Shown: positions 1-9,608, counted from the first letter of the stretch. The stretch is DNA of 57,701 nucleotides from an uncultured Gammaproteobacteria bacterium (GCA_963922815.1 CAWUKD010000004.1:1-57701), one strand, 5' to 3'. Notes: generated from the letters alone by a model not told the origin. Numbers and translations: made by a program.

Positions 1-812
1 GCCCCGATTTTCTTTGCGACGGCCGGTACCAGATGACTCGCACGTCCGCGGATCAGGTGCAGTTGAGGATTGAGGTACTTGACCGCTTCCTTCCCTGGGG
101 CCTCACAGTGCCGGGCGACCAGCGATTCCAGCCAGGCTTTTCGTTTCCGCTCTTCTTCCTGCTCCATTTTGGCAACGTCGTCCTCCGTACACCCGGATCG
201 CGGCGAGCGAAAGAAATGCTCGTGCGGCAGCTGCCAGGCATGAACGATATGCAACTCTGCGAAATCCGCGAGCGCGAGCGACGCCGACATCTCCAGAATC
301 TGGCCGTTAAGTTTATCAATGTGCTCATCTTCCGGGTCATATCCAAGAGCCGCTACGATCTCACGATACCCCTCCTGCTGACCCGGTTTGATCACCCATA
401 CAGGGCAGGGGCATTTGCGCAACAATTTAAGGTCCGTACTGCCGAAAATCTCGGCGATGCCATTCACACTACCAGCGCTTTTTATGACCAAATCATGATC
501 GGATCGAATAACCTCTTTGATAACTTCCAGAAATCGGGTCCCCGACAGCACTTTGGTAGCCGTTTCCAGCCCCTGGCGCTGAGCGAGAGCCGCCAGTTCT
601 CCGAGCTCGTCGCGTCGCTGCTCCACCATCGCGGCCAGCAGTTTGCGAGTTTTCGCGTCAGAAGACTTTTTCTCGCGTTCAGAGGCATCCACAACGCTCA
701 CGAGCGCCAGCTTTGCCTGATTGTTTTTGGCCAGTGTAACAGCGTGACCAAGCGCCGCTGAATCATCGGCGCCGTCCTCAACCACAAACAGAATATTGGA
801 AAATCGCCTCAA
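1..812 (-). CDS. Universal stress protein, UspE-like tandem USP domains (3'-truncated by window edge)
   Basis: Manually translated minus frame from TTG at 812 (GAGG RBS upstream): LRRFSNILFVVEDGADDSAALGHAVTLAK...DHDLVIK...IFGSTDLKLLRKCPCPVWVIK...ELHIVHAW. Open to the window edge and absent from the ORF track. Confidence 0.9.
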   Translation of the reverse strand, partial: MRRFSNILFVVEDGADDSAALGHAVTLAKNNQAKLALVSVVDASEREKKSSDAKTRKLLAAMVEQRRDELGELAALAQRQGLETATKVLSGTRFLEVIKEVIRSDHDLVIKSAGSVNGIAEIFGSTDLKLLRKCPCPVWVIKPGQQEGYREIVAALGYDPEDEHIDKLNGQILEMSASLALADFAELHIVHAWQLPHEHFFRSPRSGCTEDDVAKMEQEEERKRKAWLESLVARHCEAPGKEAVKYLNPQLHLIRGRASHLVPAVAKKIG

Positions 813-831
813 GTCTTTAACCTCTGCAGAT

Positions 832-848
832 TGGTCAAATATTAACCA
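832..848. promoter_or_regulatory. Imperfect palindrome upstream of usp gene, possible operator
   Basis: TGGTCAA-ATA-TTAACCA (arms 6/7 complementary), 20 bp upstream of the TTG start. Confidence 0.3.
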
Positions 849-1062
849 GAATACGTCCTGTGTTGCTCATGAACATGACGGGACTCAATTACTCTACTTC
901 ATTATCACCGACAATCCTGAAGACTAACCATACGGGTAACCCGAAATGCCCCTGCTGCTGCAGAGCGTTATTCCCATTACTGCATTCTATCGCGCCGGGA
1001 GTGCGATTGGTCGAAATAGGCTATTGAATTCAGTTGGTACTGGTATTTTAGAGTTCGGGTTC

Positions 1063-1094
1063 GACTTAACCGCTGATGGCCGCCGATTAAACGG
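1063..1094. promoter_or_regulatory. Candidate LytTR binding direct repeat
   Basis: GACTTAACCG-N12-GATTAAACGG (7/10 identical, 12-bp spacer), the spacing typical of LytTR sites; lies upstream of the gene next to the LytS/LytTR pair. Confidence 0.35.
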
Positions 1095-1137
1095 CTCGAT
1101 CTGCGGCTGATTCACACTGGCAAAAAGGAACACCACG

Positions 1138-2586
1138 ATGAAGAATGGATTGCTGTACATAGTCGCGTTAATTGTGACCGGCCTGAGCGTTAGCGCAGAA
1201 AACATCACGGAAGAGAACGTCGATAAAACCACGGCCATCATGAACGAGGTTTGGGCCGCATTCGGCGGTCGTGAAGCGATCGAACAGCTTGAGACACTGA
1301 CGCTTGAGTCAGAGGCTACCCTGTTTGCCGTAGGACAAAGTCGCGCACCGGGACCTCCCTGGGATAAAAACACGTTTCGTTCGATCAGCGCCATCGATCT
1401 GGCAAACCAGCAGCTGTCCATTCGCAATACTGACAGTACTGACCGCTATAACTTCGATCAGGCGCAGGTCATCTCTACCGAACGGGCGTGGCAGTTCGAC
1501 TATCGCTCAGGTACCGCAACGCCCGTCAGCGAGCCCGATTTTAATCAGCAATCAGGGCCGCTCACACGAATCACAGCCGCTCTTCTCGTTCATCAGTTGA
1601 TGCAGCGTGCCCACACTGTGCGGTACCTCGGTAGAACAACGTACAAAGATAAGGCGCACGATGTCCTTTCCATCGTCATGGAAGTGGGTCCGGCGATTAG
1701 CCTGTACATTGACCCCGATACCCGTTTGCTGAGCAAGAGCGAACGGGTTCTGCCCGGGTTTGGTCTGGTGGAATACGAATTCGATGACTATCGCAAAGTT
1801 GATGGCATCATGTTCAACCATACCTATACGTTCTACTTTCAGGGTGAGGAGAACGAGATTCGACGAACTACGAAAGTCACGGTAAATAAACCGGTCGAAC
1901 CGATGCTGAAACTGCCCAAGGGGCTGCGCAAGCTCAAGATCACCGATCCGGACGAACCTACCGCCAGAGAAATCGCCGACGGGGTGTTTTTAATTGGCGG
2001 TAGGGGCACCTACGCTCTGTTTGTCGAAATGACAGACCATGTAATTGCCGTGGGTGGCACGGGCGGATCTGAGCAACGTCTTGAGATGCTTCGGGAACAT
2101 GTGCCCGACAAACCGGTGAGATATGGCGTTTTTACTCACCATCACAGCGATCACGTACTGGCCGCACCCAGCTATGCGAACGCAGGCGCTTCACTGGTCA
2201 TGCATGCCTCTCATGAGCAGCCGGTCCGGGCCGCCGCCGCAGAGGTCGAAGGACTAAAAACCGAGCCCGTCACTACAAACAGGACTTTCCGTGATGGCAG
2301 TCGTGAGCTCCAAGTGCTGGATATAGGCCCCACCGACCATACAGAACATTTGCTGGTTGCTTATCTCCCCGCCGAACGCATACTCTTCTCGGCCGACCAT
2401 TTCGGTTTGCCGCTGTCAGGTCGGGTCAGACCGGCAAATAACGCAACACGTGACCTGGCGCGGGCCATAGAACGTGAAAACCTTGATGTTAAGACTTTGT
2501 TATCCGCTCACAGTCCCGATAGCGCTACAATGAAACATCTTCGAAAGGCGCTGGCCACCAAACCCAAATACAGGAATTCGTTCTAG
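1138..2586 (+). CDS. Secreted MBL-fold metallo-hydrolase with N-terminal beta-rich domain
   Basis: Signal peptide; THHHSDH (HxHxDH) motif, plus HTEH, ADH and LSAH metallo-beta-lactamase motifs. Confidence 0.85.
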   Translation: MKNGLLYIVALIVTGLSVSAENITEENVDKTTAIMNEVWAAFGGREAIEQLETLTLESEATLFAVGQSRAPGPPWDKNTFRSISAIDLANQQLSIRNTDSTDRYNFDQAQVISTERAWQFDYRSGTATPVSEPDFNQQSGPLTRITAALLVHQLMQRAHTVRYLGRTTYKDKAHDVLSIVMEVGPAISLYIDPDTRLLSKSERVLPGFGLVEYEFDDYRKVDGIMFNHTYTFYFQGEENEIRRTTKVTVNKPVEPMLKLPKGLRKLKITDPDEPTAREIADGVFLIGGRGTYALFVEMTDHVIAVGGTGGSEQRLEMLREHVPDKPVRYGVFTHHHSDHVLAAPSYANAGASLVMHASHEQPVRAAAAEVEGLKTEPVTTNRTFRDGSRELQVLDIGPTDHTEHLLVAYLPAERILFSADHFGLPLSGRVRPANNATRDLARAIERENLDVKTLLSAHSPDSATMKHLRKALATKPKYRNSF

Positions 2587-2718
2587 CTTGAATCTTCCCC
2601 GGAACATACGCTTGCCCGGCAGGCCTACCGTCAACCAGACCCGTGATGTTGTGATCGGGTTACCGGCCTGGCTGCGACCGCGCGACTTCCATCCAGCCAA
2701 TGTCACGGTAGCGGCACG

Positions 2719-3807
2719 ATGAAAATCAAGGACGTTGTGACCAGTCGTGCCCGGTTATTCTGGGTACTAAACGTGGCCGGCTGGATCGGATACGTCGCGC
2801 CGTCGTACATTGGCGCGTTGTTCTACGAGAAGCCCCAGACCTATTTCAAACTCATCAGCGCGGTTGCGATCATGGGTTTCCTGATCAGTCTGGCTCTTCG
2901 AATTGCCTGCCGCAGACTATGGGAACGACCCCCGGCCATCATGGCACTGGGCACGCTCGTAAGCTGCTACGTCCTTGCACTCGGCTGGCGGCTTTACAGC
3001 AATTATCTCTACATCGAGTGGATCGAATCAAAGTGGCGCCCGGAAGGGTTCATGGACTACGTCAGCGGCGTCATGAGCTCGTTCTACGTACTTTTGTGCT
3101 GGAGTGGTTTGTATTTCGGGATTCGCTACTACCAGCAGCTGCAGATGCAAACAGAGCAAACCCTGCGGGCCAACTCGGCAGCACACGAAGCGCAGCTCAA
3201 AATGCTGCGCTATCAGCTTAACCCGCATTTTCTGTTCAATACGCTCAACGCCATTTCCACGCTGATTCTGGATCGCGCCAATGAAACGGCCAACCTGACC
3301 GTATCCAAGCTCAGCGACTTCCTGCGTTACACGCTGGACAATGATCCAAAGAATCATGTGACCTTACGCAAGGAACTGGAGGCCATTGATCTGTACCTCG
3401 AAATTGAAAAGGTAAGATTCGGCGACCGCCTGACCGTACAACGGGAAATAGAAACCGCAGCTCAGGACGCCCTGGTTCCCAGCCTGATTTTGCAACCGCT
3501 GATCGAAAATGCCATTAAATATGCAGTAACGCCCAGAGTGGACGGTGGCTGCGTACGACTCAGTGCGAAAATTCGCGGCACCAGTCTGATCCTGTCGCTG
3601 TCTGATGACGGCCCGGGCCTGACCCGGCAAAACACCAAATCCAGCAATTCCACAGGCGTTGGCCTGATCAACACACGCGAACGCTTGCGCGAACTCTATG
3701 GCGATCAACAGTCACTGAAGCTATCGCCCAATGATCCAAAAGGACTTGTTGTGACGATTACTCTACCCTATCAGGATGCCGACAATGATCCGCGCACTAC
3801 TGGTTGA
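2719..3807 (+). CDS. LytS/YehU-type sensor histidine kinase
   Basis: N-terminal TM helices; LRYQLNPHFLFNTLN H-box; LQPLIENAIKY; DDGPG; GVGLINTRERL. Confidence 0.93.
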   Translation: MKIKDVVTSRARLFWVLNVAGWIGYVAPSYIGALFYEKPQTYFKLISAVAIMGFLISLALRIACRRLWERPPAIMALGTLVSCYVLALGWRLYSNYLYIEWIESKWRPEGFMDYVSGVMSSFYVLLCWSGLYFGIRYYQQLQMQTEQTLRANSAAHEAQLKMLRYQLNPHFLFNTLNAISTLILDRANETANLTVSKLSDFLRYTLDNDPKNHVTLRKELEAIDLYLEIEKVRFGDRLTVQREIETAAQDALVPSLILQPLIENAIKYAVTPRVDGGCVRLSAKIRGTSLILSLSDDGPGLTRQNTKSSNSTGVGLINTRERLRELYGDQQSLKLSPNDPKGLVVTITLPYQDADNDPRTTG

Positions 3808-4594
3808 CGACGAAGAGCTCGCGCGCCGCGGGCTTACCTTGCGGCTGGCCGACTACCCGGACATCGAAATCAGCGGCCATTGCCGCAACGGTCAGGAAGC
3901 GATTGACGCGGTGGCCGAGCAAAAACCCGACGTTGTCTTTTTGGACATACAAATGCCCGGAATGGATGGTTTCGATGTGGTGCGCCGTTTGGCGGGCCGC
4001 AACATGCCTAACATTATATTTGTGACGGCCTATGACCAGTTCGCACTGAAGGCCTTCGAGGCCCACGCGCTGGACTACCTGCTCAAACCGATAAACGCTC
4101 AGAGACTGGACGAAGCGATTGAGCGACTCAGGCACACCCTACGAGATCAAAAGGCACCCGGCGAGCGACAAAAACTGCTCGACCTCGTATGCCGACTGTC
4201 GGGCAAAGAGCTTACGCTGGACGAGGCCCTGGATGACTCCGCAGGCCAATACCCTTCGCGCATTGAACTAAGAGAAGGAACCGGCGTCATTTTTGTAGAA
4301 ACCAATGATGTCGACTGGATTGATGCTGCCGGTGACTATATGTGCCTCCACGCGTGCGGAGAAACTCACGTCATTCGAACGACCATGAAACGCTTTGAGT
4401 CGCAGCTGGATCCGGAGCAGTTTGTGCGAATTCATCGATCGACGCTGGTCAACTGGAATCGCGTCGTAAGCGTGCAGCCACACAAAAATGGTGACTACAA
4501 CGTGGGCTTGAAAACCGGTGGACTACTACGCATGAGTCGCACCTACGCCCAGAAGCTGAAGTCCCGGTACTCGGCTCGCCAGACGCCCAGCTAG
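3785..4594 (+). CDS. LytTR-family response regulator
   Basis: REC domain (VDDE, FLDIQMPG, FVTAY, YLLKP) plus LytTR domain (FVRIHRSTLVN); overlaps the kinase 3' end. Confidence 0.93.
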   Translation: MIRALLVDDEELARRGLTLRLADYPDIEISGHCRNGQEAIDAVAEQKPDVVFLDIQMPGMDGFDVVRRLAGRNMPNIIFVTAYDQFALKAFEAHALDYLLKPINAQRLDEAIERLRHTLRDQKAPGERQKLLDLVCRLSGKELTLDEALDDSAGQYPSRIELREGTGVIFVETNDVDWIDAAGDYMCLHACGETHVIRTTMKRFESQLDPEQFVRIHRSTLVNWNRVVSVQPHKNGDYNVGLKTGGLLRMSRTYAQKLKSRYSARQTPS

Positions 4595-4612
4595 CGCCCA
4601 AACCGGGACTTA

Positions 4613-5569
4613 TCAGGCTTCCTCGGGCTTGGCAAAGAGTTCCATTCGCGCACTTTCAGTGATTCTGACAACGGACGGGTGCTTAATGCGCCGCTCCGGT
4701 GAAATCGCGTAGAACTGCTCAGTCACTTCATCGGTATGACCGATTACCGCCATCCCGTACATCTTGCAAACCTCATCCTGAATCGCAGACGACGCCGCAA
4801 ACAAACCGGCGCCAGCCTCTCCAAAAGCCTTCAACAGCGCGCTGTCGTCAAATTCTCCGATTACCTGTGGCGCGATGCCCTGGCCGTCGAACCAGGCGTC
4901 GAGGCGACGTCGCAGCGCCGAATGCTGACTCGGCAGCAGCATGGGTGCTCCGTCAAGACTCTCCGGGAAAAACTTCTTGTACCGCCTCGCAACGCGCTTC
5001 TGTGCGAAAAAGGCCAGCCCGCTTTCGCCCAGTCGGTGATTGAAAGCACGCAGACCAAACCCCTGGGGCATGGGCTGATCGGAAAGCACGATATCCAGCC
5101 GGTGAACCGCAAGTTCGGCCAGCAGCTGCTCGAGCGACGCTTCGTGGCAACGAATCCTCACTGAACTGTCCGCTTCCAGGGTCGGGGCGATGATTCTCTC
5201 TGCGATCAGCTTGGGCATCGAACTGACAACGCCAATGCTGAACACCGAGTGAGCTGACGTGGTTTGCCCGCGGACTACCTGAGACAGCTCTGCACCAATG
5301 GTAAATATCTCATCGGCGTATTCGAGCACAATGTGGCCTGTCTCAGTCAACACCAGACGACGCCCTACCCGGTCGAACAACGCATGTCCGATACTTTCTT
5401 CCAGCAGCTTTAACTGTCCGCTAATGGTCTGGGGCGTCAAGTGAAGACTCCTGGCGGCTTTCACAACGCTCCCTTCTCGCGCCACCGCCCAGAAATACTG
5501 CAGATGGTTGTAGTTGAGATGGCGCGTTCGGGATAGGACGGCGTTCTTGCTCATCGTCTGTTTGCTCAT
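4613..5569 (-). CDS. nhaR: LysR-family transcriptional activator NhaR
   Basis: LNYNHLQYFWAVAREGSVVKAARSLHLTPQTISGQL and FYAISPERRIKHP are NhaR-like; AGGAG RBS precedes ATG at 5569. Confidence 0.85.
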   Translation of the reverse strand: MSKQTMSKNAVLSRTRHLNYNHLQYFWAVAREGSVVKAARSLHLTPQTISGQLKLLEESIGHALFDRVGRRLVLTETGHIVLEYADEIFTIGAELSQVVRGQTTSAHSVFSIGVVSSMPKLIAERIIAPTLEADSSVRIRCHEASLEQLLAELAVHRLDIVLSDQPMPQGFGLRAFNHRLGESGLAFFAQKRVARRYKKFFPESLDGAPMLLPSQHSALRRRLDAWFDGQGIAPQVIGEFDDSALLKAFGEAGAGLFAASSAIQDEVCKMYGMAVIGHTDEVTEQFYAISPERRIKHPSVVRITESARMELFAKPEEA

Positions 5570-5886
5570 TGTGCTCCTGCCGCGGGTCAGGCGACGACTC
5601 ATGGGGTGACGGTGTTGCCGGGCGCCCGACAGCAGGCGACGCGCCCGGTCTCAGCCAGGTTTAGCGCCAGCCTGGCGCACAGGCAGCTTTCGTCGCGCCC
5701 GCCGAAACTATTCCGCAAATTACCACACCCCATAGATTCGGTAAATTCGTATATTTCGTCACTATTATTCGTATTTTACTGTCTTTTAGTATGATCGTTT
5801 TTTTCGTTCTTTTGGGTCGAATAGAACGACTGGAATGGATGATCGTGATCCGTATGATCATGGTCACACACTAGCGGGAGCGAAAC

Positions 5887-6237
5887 ATGAACATTCAATT
5901 GCAAACCCAGGGCTTTGAGCTCACCCCTGCGATCGAGGCCCATACGCTCAAACAGCTGAGGTTCCATCTGGCCAATTTTGACAGCCACGTCATTGGAGCT
6001 GACGTATTTCTGAAGGACATTAACGGGCCGAAAGGCGGACTGGACAAGAAGGTCCTTATTCACGTCAGGCTGGCATCAAGAATGACCATTACTATTGAAC
6101 GCACGCGTGCCGATCTATACGACGCTGTCACTATCGCGGCCAGGCAAACCAAGCGGGCCGTCAGGCGTACGCTGAACAAGCATCGTCGAATGGAAAAATT
6201 CACGCTGCGGGAATTCAACCGTCTGACTGAGGCATAG
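5887..6237 (+). CDS. HPF/RaiA-family ribosome-associated protein
   Basis: MNIQLQTQGFELTPAI...DINGPKGGLDK...DLYDAV pattern of the S30AE/HPF fold. Confidence 0.85.
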   Translation: MNIQLQTQGFELTPAIEAHTLKQLRFHLANFDSHVIGADVFLKDINGPKGGLDKKVLIHVRLASRMTITIERTRADLYDAVTIAARQTKRAVRRTLNKHRRMEKFTLREFNRLTEA

Positions 6238-6264
6238 CCGCTCAGGTGACCTGAACGGTAAGCG

Positions 6265-7143
6265 ATGGAAACTCAATCAATTAACCAGACCCCGGCTCAG
6301 CTACCCCCGGCTCAACGACCCTTGAGTGACCGGGGTTTACTGCGCACGTTTGTTGAATCACGGGCCTTCAGCATCACGGTAATGACCGTGATTCTGATCA
6401 ATGCGGTGACGCTGGGTCTGGAAACGTCGCCGTCCGTTACCGCCATCGCTGGCGGCGTTCTCACCTTCATAGACCGGGCGGCCCTTTGGGTATTTACAAT
6501 CGAGATGCTGCTGAAGCTGTGGGTCTATCGTCAGCGATTCTTCACCCGCGGATGGAATCTGTTTGACCTGTCAATCGTTGCGATATCCTGGATCCCTGCT
6601 ACTGGCGCCCTGTCTGTACTCAGAGCCTTGAGAATTCTAAGGGTGCTCAGGCTGGTATCCATTGTTCCGCAAATGCGCACGGTGGTGGGCGCACTGATGA
6701 ATGCCCTGCCCGGCATGGGGTCGATCATCGCCGTGCTGATGCTCGTGTTTTATGTGGCCGCCGTCATGGCCACCAAGCTGTTTGGTGCCGATTTTCCCGA
6801 GTGGTTTGGCAGCATTGGTGCATCCATGTACAGCCTCTTTCAGATCATGACGCTGGAGAGCTGGTCCATGGGCATAGTGCGCCCCATTATGGATGTGTAT
6901 CCGCTTGCCTGGCTGTTTTTCGTCCCGTTCGTCATCGTCACCAGTTTCGCAGTGCTCAACCTGTTTATCGCCCTGATCGTAAACTCGATGCAGTCGGCTC
7001 ACGTGCAGGATATGAGCACGGCCCTCGAGATGGAAAGCATTGCACACAATGAACGCGAACAATTGCTACAGGAAATCGGCAGGCTTCGTGAAGACATCGA
7101 CCTGTTAATCAGAAACAGTCAAAAAGGCCACAACCCTGATTAG
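6265..7143 (+). CDS. Bacterial voltage-gated sodium channel (BacNav)
   Basis: S4 segment LRALRILRVLR (4 Arg), selectivity filter TLESWSM, S6 FAVLNLFIALIV, C-terminal coiled-coil-like tail. Confidence 0.92.
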   Translation: METQSINQTPAQLPPAQRPLSDRGLLRTFVESRAFSITVMTVILINAVTLGLETSPSVTAIAGGVLTFIDRAALWVFTIEMLLKLWVYRQRFFTRGWNLFDLSIVAISWIPATGALSVLRALRILRVLRLVSIVPQMRTVVGALMNALPGMGSIIAVLMLVFYVAAVMATKLFGADFPEWFGSIGASMYSLFQIMTLESWSMGIVRPIMDVYPLAWLFFVPFVIVTSFAVLNLFIALIVNSMQSAHVQDMSTALEMESIAHNEREQLLQEIGRLREDIDLLIRNSQKGHNPD

Positions 7144-7289
7144 CGATATGTAATCAAGTCTGGAGCATTCGGTGCGACGCGTTTCGAATCGCAAACTCTC
7201 TCCGGCATGTCCCGCGGCTGCGGATTAACGAACCCGGCGGACAACAACCAGGCCTTAGGACTGGTTCAGGTATGCACGCGCACTCGACA

Positions 7290-7955
7290 TTACCCCTGGT
7301 CTTCTGAATGTAGCTGTCGATAGACAAAAAACGAAAAGAACACCGGTGCAAGCGCCGCCGCCGCCGCGGCAATGACAATAATGACAGGATGCGGATTTAT
7401 CAGCGCGATCGTACAAATCAGCAGCCCTCCGGCAAAAAACGATCGTCCGGCAAAACGGTGAGTTCGAGCCCAGACCTCGTCATCCGCCAGCGTCCAGGGC
7501 GTGCGAATCCCGACGAAAAAGTTTTTGCGGACCTTGCCAAGCACGTTACCAGTTGCCATCAGCATCAAACCCGACCCGATCACAATAACTTTGACCATAT
7601 CCAGCTTATAGCCTATGGACACCAGAATCATGGCGACACCGATGGTACAAAACAACGCAACCAGAATGGTCTGAATAATATCCAGTACGCTGCGAGATTC
7701 ATCCAGCTTAAAACCCACTGGTGAAATCCGCGGCAATATCTTGAACACGACCAGAACGCTTAGCGCGATAAGAGGCATCATGAACGCCCCAACCAGACGC
7801 GAGCTGTAGCCGTCGATATCTCCGGCAGCGTTCCAGTGAATCGGAAACTGTTCGGGCAGCTTTGGATAGACAAGCACCGCCAGAACCGTGCTGGCGATGA
7901 TCATCACGACAGAGACCTTATCCAGCCGACTCAATTTCAGTGGTTTTTTCATCAT
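7290..7955 (-). CDS. sdpI: SdpI-family immunity membrane protein (DUF1648 + SdpI)
   Basis: LPEQFPIHWNAAGDIDG; NFFVGIRTPWTLADDEVWARTHRFAG; GGAG RBS before ATG at 7955. Confidence 0.88.
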   Translation of the reverse strand: MMKKPLKLSRLDKVSVVMIIASTVLAVLVYPKLPEQFPIHWNAAGDIDGYSSRLVGAFMMPLIALSVLVVFKILPRISPVGFKLDESRSVLDIIQTILVALFCTIGVAMILVSIGYKLDMVKVIVIGSGLMLMATGNVLGKVRKNFFVGIRTPWTLADDEVWARTHRFAGRSFFAGGLLICTIALINPHPVIIVIAAAAAALAPVFFSFFVYRQLHSEDQG

Positions 7956-8229
7956 GGTCGCTCCCATTCGAGTTAAACAAGGCAAATACCGCCGTCATCG
8001 CATCCTCAATTACCGACGTATTCAGCGAGTACACAATTCGCTGCCCCCGGCGCTCCGTTCTCACCAGATCAGCTGCCTTCAGCAAATTGAAGTGGTGCGA
8101 GATGGATGCTTTCGAAATCGTAAACTGGTCAGCAATCTCACCCGCCGTTAGCGAACCCTTTTGAAGCAACACCAGAATGTCGCGTCGAGTGGGGTCGGCC
8201 AGGGCCTTGAATAGAGATTGCGTGGACAT
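7918..8229 (-). CDS. sdpR: ArsR/SdpR-family autorepressor
   Basis: FKALADPTRRDIL...LTAGEIADQF...SISHHFNLLKAADLV...RRGQRIVYSLNTSV; overlaps the sdpI start. Confidence 0.88.
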   Translation of the reverse strand: MSTQSLFKALADPTRRDILVLLQKGSLTAGEIADQFTISKASISHHFNLLKAADLVRTERRGQRIVYSLNTSVIEDAMTAVFALFNSNGSDHDEKTTEIESAG

Positions 8230-8234
8230 GCTTT

Positions 8235-8266
8235 ATTATACGATATTTAGGTAATTATCTAAATAT
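8235..8266 (-). promoter_or_regulatory. sigma70 promoter with overlapping palindromic operator for sdpRI
   Basis: Minus strand TTTAGA(8263-8258)-N17-TATAAT(8240-8235)-5 nt-ATG; 24-bp palindrome ATATTTAGGTAA/TTATCTAAATAT (8243-8266, one mismatch). Confidence 0.8.
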
Positions 8267-8617
8267 AAATACTGGCTCTTTTTTGTTATTTTATTTCATC
8301 AAGTTACAAATTCTTTCTAATGTTGATTAAACTATTAGCCCAGGCGAAATTCGGCTCTGGTCAGACAACACGCCGTGCATGGCATTGAGACTGGAGACGC
8401 CTTTCCGTCTGTCCATTTGTAAATTTTTCCACTCGAACACTGCTAAGTAGCTGATATCGCCCAAATCAAATTGGCCCGCACATTCTGCCCCGCTATACTG
8501 CCTCGTCGACATCGTCATCGCCTGCAATTGAGGCGTTAGTAACGGCATAACGACAGCTTCCCGAGCCGTGCCGGCTCGCTACCCCTCGGTTTCCGGGGTA
8601 TTGATTAAGGATAAAAA

Positions 8618-9568
8618 ATGAATTTGGTAAAGACTCTTGCAAAGGTTGCGATGGGCGTCATGGTTGCCCGGGGCGTAGGTAAAATGCTTGGGAACAAAGG
8701 CGGTTCGACGAGCACGAGTGGCGGCGGATTACTGGGCGGACGCCCTCCATCATCAGGACTGCCAGGCAACACAGGCGGTGGACTGGGTGGACCAGACGGC
8801 GTCGGCGGCCTGAGCGGAGGAAATCGCAGTAGCTCTGGCAACCTGAATATTCCTCGCAACACCTCTCAATCCGGCGCGGCCAGTGGTGGCCTGGGTGGCC
8901 TGCTCGAAGGACTGACAAAGGGCGGCCTTGGTCAGCAGTCGGGAGGTCAGTCTACCGGCTCAAGTGGCCGTGGACTCGCCGACATTCTCGGCAGCGTGCT
9001 CGGCGGAGCCACGGCCGGAAAAGGCGGTGGTGGACTCGGCGACCTGCTGGAGAGCCTGGGTGGCGGCGCTCGCAGCTCTACCCGTTCGCAGCCCACACAG
9101 CCTTCAGTCAATCAGGGCTCTTGCGAACAGCCGCAGCAACCTGCCAGCACGGGCAGCCTTGGAGACCTGCTGAACCAGGCCTTCGGTGGCAAAGTGGCCG
9201 AACCCAAACCAGACCAGAACGCGCAGGCCGAAATCATGCTGCGCGGCATGCTGAATGCAGCAAAGTCTGACGGCAAGTTTGATCAGAACGAGCAGCAAAA
9301 AGTGATGGAACACCTTGGCGACATCAGCCAGGAAGAGCGAGCGTTCGTGCAAAACGAGATGTCCAAACCGCTGGACGTTGACGCGTTTGTGAAGAGCATT
9401 CCGAGGGGTCTCGAGCAGCAGGTATATGTGATGTCCCTGCTCGGCATTGAACTCGACTCCCAGGCGGAGGCGCAGTATCTGGACAAACTCGCCCGAGGAC
9501 TGGGAATCCAGCCCCAGCAAGCCAATGGTATCCATCAGCAGATCGGGGTTCCTCAGCTGTATGGATAA
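8618..9568 (+). CDS. DUF533 / TerB-like protein with Gly-rich low-complexity N-terminal half
   Basis: C-terminal MLNAAKSDGKFD...QVYVMSLLGIELDSQAEAQYLDKLARGL pattern; repeated GGLGxLL motifs. Confidence 0.8.
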   Translation: MNLVKTLAKVAMGVMVARGVGKMLGNKGGSTSTSGGGLLGGRPPSSGLPGNTGGGLGGPDGVGGLSGGNRSSSGNLNIPRNTSQSGAASGGLGGLLEGLTKGGLGQQSGGQSTGSSGRGLADILGSVLGGATAGKGGGGLGDLLESLGGGARSSTRSQPTQPSVNQGSCEQPQQPASTGSLGDLLNQAFGGKVAEPKPDQNAQAEIMLRGMLNAAKSDGKFDQNEQQKVMEHLGDISQEERAFVQNEMSKPLDVDAFVKSIPRGLEQQVYVMSLLGIELDSQAEAQYLDKLARGLGIQPQQANGIHQQIGVPQLYG

Positions 9569-9608
9569 GGTATAGCACTCCGTACTGTTCCATTCTTCGC
9601 AGAAACAA

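Noticed and set aside
33-761. 242-aa plus-strand ORF
   Set aside because: Antisense shadow of the usp gene; no recognisable motifs.
5835-5918. 27-aa His/Asp-rich mini-ORF overlapping the HPF-like start
   Set aside because: No RBS and out of frame with the gene; likely chance.
8327-8548. 73-aa minus-strand ORF in the sdpR-DUF533 gap
   Set aside because: No motif, RBS or compositional support.
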